Source: Takakia lepidozioides | Taxonomy: Eukaryota > Plantae > Bryophyta | Assembly (NCBI GenBank): GCA_030704615.1 | Contig: CM060731.1 | Coordinates: 69,192,001-69,256,000, forward strand | DNA: 64,000 bases | Direction of reading: 5' to 3' | Shown here: one piece after another, positions 26,286-36,837 of the stretch | How the letters are laid out: each line of letters begins with the position of its first letter | Position numbering within the stretch: position 1 is the stretch's first letter | Notes under the pieces: generated by a model | Databases searched by the model: none | The model's input: the letters and a program-made list of their open reading frames with translations, nothing else | What the model was told of the DNA's origin: nothing | Made by a program: the position numbers and the translations under genes

Positions 26286-26790
26286 TTATTGTGAATAGCA
26301 AAGCTGAAATCCAGAGACTTAGTTATAGGGACTTAGTTTTCTCGAGTTCGCGATTTGTGGCTTACCGTTCAAACGTTATCACATCAAATTCTCCGTCACA
26401 ATTTGCCATTCAGGCCTTATGGGAACCTTCGGGCCTATAAGGGTTTTTCCCTTCAATAATTCAAATAAAGCTTTGATGGGCTCCCCCCCCCCCCCCCCCC
26501 CTTTCCTCCCAAAAGTAATAATAATAATAATCAATTTATATCTATTAACAATATGGCTATTTGGCTAAAATAAAAGATTGACATTGAAGTTATTGTGAAT
26601 ACCAAAGCTGAAATCCAGGGACTTAGTTCTAGGGACTTAATTCTCGAGTTCACGACTCGTGGCCTATCATTTAGACGTTATCAATCATCTTCTCCGTCAT
26701 TGTTTACCATTCAGGCTTATGGCAGCCTTCGGGCCTATAAGGGTTTTCATTTTTTTCCTTTCAATAATCCAAAGCTTTAACGGGCTTCCT
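26286..26790 (+). repeat. Direct duplication of a ~190-bp unit (26286-26480 and 26590-26790)
   Basis: TTATTGTGAATA.CAAAGCTGAAATCCAG.GACTTAGTT...CCTTCGGGCCTATAAGGGTTTT present twice. Confidence 0.85.
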
Positions 26791-27612
26791 CCTCTTTCCT
26801 CAAGAAAAAGAATAATTGATGGTGATGATGTGGCGATGATGACAATTTTAGAACTAGTCTCCAACCTTCAGTCGTCGCTAGAATGTCACCTTTTGGCTAA
26901 AATGTATTCGGGTTTAGCCAAAACTTGTAGACGTGGCCTTCTGTTTTGCTGAGAAACAAAAACTTGGCACTAGTTGGCATCCTAAAGGTAGGGGAGGATG
27001 AGAGTCACAATTTGGGAATAGTATGTAAAAATCCTGAAGATGATAAGCTGCATCACCAAGGAAAATGTAAGACAACTATAATTTAGCTCAATAATTCATT
27101 GGAGCTGGAAGGAGAGGTTTGCAACTTCACTTTAGAACGTACCAAATCGCACAAAAATAAGTTGATATAGTGAAATACATTGCAACGAACTCCAAAAGAT
27201 CTTAAGATTAATATGTGTATACTCTATGCACTTGATTTTCCAGAGAATAAGGAAGACATGTGCGATGTCCAAGAAAGATGAGGACGGAGACCGGTTGTTG
27301 TACACATGAAGCAAAATATGCGTGAAGCACAAAGTCTTTAGTCCAATAATCGTAGTTAAGCAACTTTAGATTCTGTCTCTCTATCTAATGTGGAAAACAC
27401 TCTTTCCACCCCCTCGAACAACAATCTCTTATGAATTCTACCCACAGCTAGAACTAAGAAATCTCCCAAAATCATGCTGATAAAGAGGAAAAAAAACCAA
27501 TATCAAGGAGAACAATGCTCTAGATAAACATCAAGATGAAGGGAAAGAAACCTAGCAACTAAGAGTATATGGCCTAGTTAGTTGGGGACCTGCATGTAGT
27601 GTGGGTATGTTG

Positions 27613-28499
27613 CAGTGTTGTGCGGGTTGTGCCTTTTTAAGGAACCTGCCGGGTCTGGGTACAGGTATTTTTTTGGAGCCTAGTCCGGGTCCGGATTAGG
27701 GTTTTTGAAATTGAAAATCTGGGTCCGGGTTCGGGTCCGGTTTCTTAACACGGTGTCGGGTCAGGGTCCAGGGGTAGTTGTTGGAAAATATTAGCGGGTT
27801 CACGGGTTCGGATCCGGGTCCTAGTTAATTTATTAAATAAATTAGAAAAAAAAGATTAATTGGGAATAAAATTATTTTTGGCTGAAATAAAATTGAATCC
27901 TAATAATGAATTTTATTTCAGGACACATTCCTTTAAAAAAAACCATGAATATGTATTTCTCATTTAACATAAGAATTAAAATAGAAATTGAGTTCCATTC
28001 TTAATTCCCAAACATGTTAACAATAGTAATATGCCTCAAGGAGCAAAGATCACTATAGCATGGATGTGTGGGAGCCAACCTCATAATTATAATACATGAT
28101 GCCTCCTTTCGGAGGTATAAATTCTGGTGTCACTCATCACAACTTTGTGACACCAATCCGTGGAATGAACCCACAACCACTTTATGTGGCTACAACTTGG
28201 TGGGCTGGCAGGCTGCTGCAGCGGCCTATTGCTTGACACATTGCAACCTACCACATATAAGGTGGACCCCGCATGCCCCTCCTGAAATTAAGACCGGGAC
28301 ACTGACCCCCCAGGGTAGGGGGTTTACCGCCTTACATTACATTACCGGGTTCTAGACCGAGCAGTTCAGTTCCGGTTTCATTTGAGAAATGGGTCAGAAT
28401 CGGGGGTTTTTGGGGACGGTCTTTTGGGGACGGGTGCGGGTAACCCGGATCCTAACCCGCCGGGTACCCGGGGTCCAAACCCGGACCCCCACAACACTG
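27613..28499. mobile_element. Non-autonomous hAT-like element
   Basis: TIR CAGTGTTGTG(C/G)GGGT; dense subterminal CCGGGT/ACCCGG motifs at both ends; 8-bp TSD not preserved. Confidence 0.75.
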
Positions 28500-28614
28500 A
28501 TCAATATGTTTGCAATATATGAGAAGATGCTGCCATGTGCCTACTTCACAGGGGACAATGATAGATTGAAATTAAGGAAAAATAAATGGAGAAGCCATGA
28601 CAGCTATATAATAA

Positions 28615-28704
28615 GAGAGAAGACTCCGGCCGAAACCGGCGTAACTAAGAGCCACTTCGCCTTAGGGCTACTGCCCCCTTTCCCTTTCGGGAGTGGGCCC
28701 TATT
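28615..28704 (-). mobile_element. 90-bp 5'-truncated copy (3' tail only) of the LINE family at 3947-5318
   Basis: Reverse complement aligns with 5226-5318; 11-bp TSD CTATATAATAA (28604-28614 and 28705-28715); (CT)n tail. Confidence 0.88.
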
Positions 28705-30099
28705 CTATATAATAACAAGCTACAAATGTCTCAGTAGGACAAGCCAAAAAAAATACCACTAGGTCCGATTCGCCCACAGCCCAAATGTCAATTATAATCA
28801 ATTGACTACAACACCTTTATTGAGGCAAATCCTTAGGGGTCAGCCCTAGTGTGGTGGTGGTTTGGTGGTTTGGCTACTCATCTTCTTGGCTCGTTGGGAC
28901 CCCCTTGTAGCCATCCCTAGCCCACTTTGCTTCTCTCCCCATCTTCAGCCTGCCCTGCTTCCTTCTTTCAATTTTTAAAAGTTTGCTTTTGGGAAAATGG
29001 AAGGCTGCCCTTCAACAAGACTTTTGAACCATTTAATCTCCCAAGGTCGTTTTAAACTTTTTGGGACAATTTTAGTACCGGCGTCACTAAAATTAGTGCA
29101 ACTACCTACCACCATTCATCCACAAATTCTAGCCATATAACATTGAGCCGAGTTTAGCTATCTATCACACCTCCAAAGTTGACAAGATTCCACCGTGGAG
29201 AAAGATATTTTAATGTTTTTGTGGACCTGAAATATGAGCTCCTACACAAACTCACAGAAAATTATAGTTTGACCAACCACAAAGTGTCGACTGCAAATTC
29301 TAATAGGTATAATACATGTAGTAATAAAATATGTATATATATAGATTCAGAGAAAAATGCCACATACAAAATTGGAAATAGGAAAGAAGTGGCCCACAAG
29401 ACATAAGATATTTAACTATAAGCTTTTAAAGATTGTCTACACTAGGTACATTCAGACTGACGATAAAGTTGGGGGATAAAGTTCCACCGGGTCTATCTCT
29501 GATCACATGTGTCCATGTCAGTAAGTTAGCTGCTGACTGAATGTCTTCGTGGCAGGTGACATGGCAGAAAGTTATGCACAAAGTTAGGCCACTGATATTA
29601 CTGTTTATTTGCAAGATCAATCTTTGAAAAATCGTAGATGTATGGGTCGTATCTAATTCATTCAACTTTCAACCTAATAAGTTATTTATTTCTTACTGCG
29701 ATTCATGGAATGCTGATTTTCATCTAAGTGTGATTTTTCTCATCATCTTCTTGTCCCGCCATCGCGTGTCTCTGCAACAGCGGACGTTGGAGCTTCTCTC
29801 ATCGTGTGCTTCTTCCTTAATACCAGTAGTGTGTATTGCTTCATTCTCCGCTAGAGATTGCACTAGCAGGTACAATAACGACATTGAATGAGTTGATTTT
29901 CATGTTGAAAATTGGTTGAGTTTGGGAATCGGTTGAAATTCAATTGTCAAGCTCCCTAGCATTCCCTTAGCATTGCTCCATTATGAGCTTCAAAACTAGA
30001 CTCCCACGATTGGAAGAGCCCATACCTTCACCATTTGTATCTAACAAGGAGCCGTGCCTCGTCACTTTTTAATTTTTCGACCTTTTTTCTCATGTTGGA

Positions 30100-30527
30100 A
30101 AGAAGGGTCTAGGGTCAGCGGGCTTTTATAAGGGTCCCACTGCCCTCAAAGGTATATAAAGAAGGCCACACTTACTACCTACTAACTTACTAAATTTGGT
30201 GTGAGGGTTTGGGATGCAGCACTACACTAGAATATGACACTTTTTCTCCCAGCAAAATTTTTCAACATTGATTTTTTGCTTGGTCAAACATGAAGTTTTG
30301 GTTTTATTTTTATTTTCCAAAAAATGCACTATTTTCAATTGTTATAATCTCCCAAACAAAATGGTGGAATCTCCCCAAATTTGGGGTGCTTGTGCATTTC
30401 TAGGTAGGTATGACTTTGTATGGTTCATCCATGTGGATGAACGGGGGTAGGCAGCTACAGGCTGACGTGTGAGGGTGGGATCCCGGTTTTGTCCCAAAAT
30501 CCAAAAATAGGTCTGGTCGCTTTGGGG
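30100..30527. mobile_element. Probable truncated piggyBac-type end
   Basis: Ends CCAAAAATAGGTCTGGTCGCTTTGGGG-TTAA, resembling CCAAAAATAGGCTCGTCCTTGAGGGG-TTAA at ~23995-24024. The other end is not found, so the left boundary is approximate. Confidence 0.5.
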
Positions 30528-31088
30528 TTAAGAGCTCTTTTTATACAATTGTGCTTAGGATTGATCTAGAAAAGTTAATATGTAGAGATTCAAAAATGTC
30601 TTATGAGTCAGCTATCGTGCAATTGCGAAGTTTGACAGATGAACTTTCATATTTGGAAAAAATAGGTATGAATGGTTATTGTATTGTTACATATGGGAAG
30701 TTGTTTATGGAAAGTATTCTTCCTTGCCGCCTCTGAATTTTGTGTGAAAAATCCACACCTTGCGATTGCGGCATCATCTCCTTTCCCGCGCACATCTCTC
30801 CCGGTTTTATTTTTCGGTTATTTTCGGGCAGCCTGGACAGGGTCCAAAAACATTGACGACTAAACGTGGTGACGATGATGTGCCACTATGGTACCCTATT
30901 CCTGCTCTACGCTACACTATCTTCCGACCGCTAGAATGTGCTCATTACTGCCTGTACTGTAACTGATGTCTCCAACTTCACTCTGGTCTCAAGCCCAGTG
31001 CAGCTATAATTCAAACCGAGCTAGTACAAGGCGCGGTCTTGAAAGCGGTGGGAAGTTGGAAGTTGTACTTAGAACCTGTCCAGAGGGA

Positions 31089-33632
31089 ATGGCAGAACCT
31101 GAGCAGAAGGGTTTGGTGGCGGTGACTGGCGCCAATGGGTTCATTGCGTCATGGATAGTCAAGCTTCTGTTGCAGCGGGGATATTTCGTACGAGGCACCG
31201 TGCGCGACCCTGGTAGCCCACTCTTACCCATATCCAGGCATGTTGAGCTCTAGAGAATCGAGGACTTCTGTAATTTTGAAGTCCAATTCGGGAAGTGGGC
31301 TTTCCTACAGTTCAAGCTGAAACATTATTGATCATCATTTTCCGTTTTGCTTACTTCACAAAAACTAAGCAGCCCCTAGAAGTTCAATTTTATGTAAGTC
31401 CAAAGCCTTTGAAAGATTTGGGTTCATTAATGCTGCATTGCTTGATCTTTATTCGGGCAATCAACCCACAATCCCAATGTTTTGCAGACAACGAGGTAAA
31501 GACGTCACATCTAAGAAATTTGGAGGGCGCAAAAGAGAGACTGGAGTTAATGAAGGCCGACATTCTGGACTATGCAAGTGTGCTGGATGCTGTGGAAGGC
31601 TGTCAAGGCGTCTTCCATACTGCTTGCCCCGTTAAAGAAACCAGTGATCCCCACGTAAGCTGAAAACTGTGATTTGGACCTGCCCTTGAAGGATGATCTG
31701 CAGTTCATTGTGATCAAATCGACACTTGTCCAATGTCTAGGAGGAGAACCCAGGAAAATCACCATGAGGATGTAGCATCTGTCTTACAGTATGTTTATGA
31801 AACTCAGATGGAGAAGAATGTCACGCTGAGATAGCTGAAGTGGAGTAGAATTAGGGAGTTTGGATGCTTAGGCCCGAATACCTGTAGTTTTGACGCTGTC
31901 AGTAAACCATGGCATAATTCATGACAATTTTCGAACGAGATGATTAATTACTTGAGCAGCTAGCAAGAAAGATCAGAGTAGTTCCATATGACTTGTCTTC
32001 CTGTTGCAGACTGAAATGATCAAACCCGCAGTGGAAGGCACGATGAATGTGATGGATGCTTGTGCACGCGCCAAGGTGAAGCGAGTGGTCATGACATCCT
32101 CGGTGGGCACTTTGTACATCGACCCAAAGAGGCCATCCTGCCAGATACTTGATGAAAGCTGCTGGAGCGACGTCAAACACCTCCTCGACATCAAGGCACT
32201 TCTATTCTTCCACCAACAGCTTATATATCTTACTGCATCATGGAGCATTAAATCCTAACGTGAAATATTGGATCCCTCCCTAACCACCTGATATGGATCA
32301 TATACCTATGGATAACCGAGGCTGCCCATTAGTCTCGAGTTCTCGATATAAAATTATCAAAGGGCCGCCTGATAGATATACTTCCAGTTGATATATAGTA
32401 GTTCTCTCTGCAACGCGATCAGGTAATAGATCCTGCATGCATGTAATATTGAGTCGGCTCTTTAGAAGTAGATAAAAGTAGATCTTGACCCAAAATTGAA
32501 AATGAGATAAGTACGCACATGCAGATATTCTTAGAAATTGGACATCAGCTCCCTCTGACTGAATCGAATTCTTGCAGGACTGGTACTGCTTGGCAAAGAC
32601 AATGGCAGAGAAAGCAGCTTGGGATTATGTAGCAATTACCCCCGACATGGATCTGGTCACCATATGTCCATCCGTGACAGTGGGCACTCTCCTGCAGGCA
32701 GACCTCAATTTCAGCAGCGGCCACATCCTTAAATACCTCACTGGTACTCTTTTCGTCTTTGCCTGCAGATGTGGGTCGATACCACTGACCTTCTCTGCTA
32801 TGCTGCCCTGTGGATCACCCTGTTCGTAGTACCCTGGTTGTGATTTAAATTCCTTAGTGATGGTTTGGGAAAGACTTAATGTCCCTGTACGCACAAAAAC
32901 AGATTTATCATATTCAAGACCTGAGGTTAGTTGTGTCTGGCAGGATCTGCACGAACATACGCCAATTTGTGTCAAGGATATGTAAACGTGAAGGATGCAG
33001 CCCAAGCCCACATTTTGGCATACGAAGCGCCTCACGCTTCTGGCCGATACCTTTGTTCCGAGAGCTCTGTGCATCGAGGAGAACTGGTGGAGACTTTGGC
33101 CACGATGTACCCCCAGTACCCCATCACGACGAAGTATGTTGTACTTTCAACTTACCATTTTCTATTGGTCATCCATTTGTGGCATGGGAGATGTAGACCT
33201 AGCAATCCTATCAATGAGCTAACGGATTGTTGATTACCACCAGTCCAATGGGCAATTTTTGAGATTAGCTGAATTAGTCTGAATCAAGATCTAGTGATTG
33301 CTCTTTGAAGTGTATAGTGTCCAGACCTAATGTAGATCACGCATGAATCAATTGACTTTCAAGCATGAATCTCTGTGGTCACTTGATTTGGAAAGAGCCT
33401 GCACATCATTCAGGGGTCATTCAGCAACAAACTCACATCTCTTAATCATGCTCGTATGCATGGATGCGGCAGATGCAAGGACCAGAGTCGACCAAGGAAA
33501 GTTCCTCTCACTATGTCAACAAAAAAATTGCAAAATCTGGGCCTGCAGTTCACGCCATTCAAGCAGACTTTGGCGGAGACTGTCACCAGCTTACAGGAAA
33601 AGGGCTTTCTCCAGCCGCGCGCTTGTATGTAG
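31089..33632 (+). CDS. CCR: Cinnamoyl-CoA reductase-type extended SDR, copy B (330 aa). Exons 31089-31212, 31488-31654, 32010-32195, 32578-32743, 32944-33133, 33473-33632
   Basis: [39 protein letters not shown]. 993 nt with consistent phases; same exon structure and alignable introns as copy A; intron 3 is GC-AG. Confidence 0.92.
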
Positions 33633-35599
33633 GAAAGAGATACTAGAATTAAAGAACAACTTAACCTCCTTCCGGATAGACCTGTCTTGGTACATACCAA
33701 AAATAATACTATCCTTGCACATGTTAGTATTATGCCATGCTCCGTTCTATCTCCAAGACTCTCAATTTGTAGGCTCTCTATCTGATCTTGTCCTCTGTAC
33801 TATGTATATAGACTGGACCTTACATCACTTCAAATAGTCTCACCCTTTTGTTTCTGAATATCAAAGCTAGTAGGTACATTCAGGACTCATAAGTAGCATC
33901 CAGATGTCTACCAACTTAAGAGTGAATATTTTCATGGCAAATAAATTTATTTGACTTTCTTATATTCTAGCTATACTTATACATGAAACTTATTCTATTT
34001 ACACATATGCATATGTTAACAAAAACATTTACCTATTTATATTCTCTCTTACCTCTGTTCATAACACCACGTGTATTTACCCTAATTGCTATGGATGACA
34101 TAAACTGCCTCCATCGTCATCCTGTAGCATCGCACTCCTTTGCATCGCTCGTCATCTTGTAGCGTCGCTCTCCTTGCGTCGTCGCATCGCTCATCACTCT
34201 TCTTTGCAGCATAAGTCTGCACCAGCAATCATAGTCCATTTCTGATCTGCTTTGATTGCAAGCGACCTGGTATCAATTGTATTTTTCAACCAAATATATT
34301 CCATGTGCTTCACGCTGATGAGTGCATACTCCCAGTTTGGTTGTCTGCTAGTTTTTCTTTCACATTCCCTCTGTTTGCTTTTCCAACACCGCCAACATCA
34401 TCTGAATTTTGCACAGGTGAAGCCATACCTGCAATCACAAGAGCTAAACACATCAATGATCAGAAGGAAAATGAATAGGCCGACACATGTGCCATACAAT
34501 ACTCCCTATCTAAATTTGGCCAATTTAATAAGTTCCTCCTTTCTTTTTTTTGGACCCCTTGATCTCATTCCTTAATACATGTGGCCTTACTACATAAGCC
34601 CCAACTCTAATTCTTGGGCCACATTAATTCCTGGACCACTCTAGAATGAAGGTGCTTGAATGAAACTGCTCTACATATTTAGGTGAATTTGACAAAAATT
34701 TGGGAGGGGTGCTTTGTATGTGAAATCTAGGGGGTAAATTATGGCTTCTTACCCAAGTAGAGCCATGACGCGATAATTGTTTTCTAATTCCTCGGATAAG
34801 TAACTGCACACTAACATTACATAGTGCCTTGTCAAAAACATTTGGCATTTTGATAAAATCTGAGCCCTAGATGTTGTTTACAAGATTCCTCATTTGGCCT
34901 GCCACATAGGCAAGTCAACGCTGAATTTGCTTTTTGAAAAATTCTAGGGAGCAGAGCTTTTAATATTTCAGGGCGCTTTAAATTCGCACATGTGCTTCTC
35001 TTTAACTAACCCCCTCACTTCGGACCCACCTCCATCCACTCACATCCAGGGGAGGTGGACCTGGTGCCCGATTGAATTCGTCGTTCCCAAGGCCCTTCCA
35101 GAATTTGAGAGCACCGGCAACGACGGCGGAGCCCGAGTTCCCGGTGCTCGAAAATTCAGGAAGGGCCATGGGAACGACCCTTCCCCAACGTGAAAAACTG
35201 GGAAATTTTTCTTTCCCGCTCCTTGCCCCGCAAATCGAGGGACCCTTCCACACGCGGAAGGTACTTCCCACAAATTGGGGGACCCTTGAAAGCCGAAGGT
35301 ACTTCCCGTAAATCAGGGGAACCTTGCGGACAGGGAGGCTCCTTGAATTACAATGAAAAAATTTTGCCAGTGTTTTTACGGGGTTAAAAAGATGTGCAAC
35401 CCCAATTCAACTCTGACTGCCTCTGAATTTTGTGTGGCCTCGTGTGGCCTCGTCGGAGGGGACAGGGACTGATAGCGGGCCCCACTACATTAAAACGATC
35501 GGTATTGCCCTGTTTCTCTTATATATGTTTATGGTGGATGGTGATGTAGCGATGCAGGTCTTGGGTTCCATTCCACGGACGTGGTTCCGGTCGATGGCG

Positions 35600-35880
35600 C
35601 TGATTGCAACTACCTCCATGGAGGTAGTAATGTATCTACTCTCATGAGACGGCAGTCAGTATAAGACTTGGACAAGCTCAAACTCTCTAGGGAGTGTCCA
35701 CGCATTTTCCTTATTCTTGGATTGCAGTTCAGCACTTTTGACAGAGTGAAGAAGCTTTTATTTCTGGATGTTGCTCTCTATGCACATGGTCGGGTCGGAG
35801 TGGAGCTAAGTTCGTTCCAGCATTGGGTGGATTGGCTGGCAGCACTACATAAACAGGCAGGACAAGTTGTGAAGCATAAG
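35600..35880 (+). pseudogene. Possible NB-ARC (GLPL to RNBS-D region) gene fragment
   Basis: SMEVVMYL...LDKLK...IFLILGLQFSTFDRVKKLLFLDVA resembles L..SFD.L....K..FLDIA. Short and degenerate. Confidence 0.35.
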
Positions 35881-36837
35881 GTCAGCCAAAACCCATGATC
35901 ACTATTCCAGAGAACACATTGTGCGCACCTATGACACTGGCATTTGTCCAACATTCTGAAAGTCCATCTTCCTGTTGTATTCGGAATTGAGGTTTCTCTA
36001 GCAGATTCTAATGGCCGGGAACAAATGTGACGCTGGTAGTTCAGCTTGGTTTTGCAACTACCTTCAAGTAGAAAATCCTAAAAATACCTGCATGGAGGTA
36101 ATTTTAAATTTCATATGCCAAAAAAATTCCAAGTCCTCGACGCATGAAGGTAGTTTGCTCCTATATTAATGAGACGGCAGGCCCCATCATCTGACCAGCC
36201 TCATTACGGCGAGGCCACACAAAATTCTGAGCCGCTATACCCAAGACCTTTTCCTTGTGAATGCTGTACTACGGAGGACACCCAAATCAAGGCATACCCT
36301 TCACAGGTAGGCAGCAGATTCGTATCTCTTATTTATGGTTCTGATTCCTGTTTTATACTGCGCTATGCTCCTTTTGGCCTGGAACACTACTTGCTCCCTT
36401 TCTTTCTTTCTTTCTTTCTTGCTTGTGCCAGAGATACATTATTACTGATACCTAATGTGTCATTTGATTTGGACCTAGTACAAATCAAATTTCACGACGA
36501 TATATTTAACAACTAAAAGGAATCTGGCAGTTTAACCCCTTCAAAACATGCACCATCTCATGCTCCACAAAATCTGCTGTGCTATTATAAGACATAGTAC
36601 AAGCCCTATTCTCCCACTGTGCAGTACAGATGTCTCCCAGCAATCAAATATGCCAGATGGTACTTCCCAATGCAGAGGCTTCTGGGCCTCTCAATTCTTC
36701 CTTTCTTTAAGGGAGAATGAGAAGCATGTGTATACTTCAAAACAACTACAACGTACAGACATCTGGTACATATTTACAATATAAGTGCCTGCTGACCAGA
36801 GCAATGCTGCTGTAGACAAAGTGAATGAAGCTGTCTC

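Noticed and set aside
35005-35387. Another piggyBac MITE (GC-rich island ending GGGG-TTAA)
   Set aside because: The left end lacks a matching TIR and an adjacent TTAA; probably a TE fragment, but unclassifiable.
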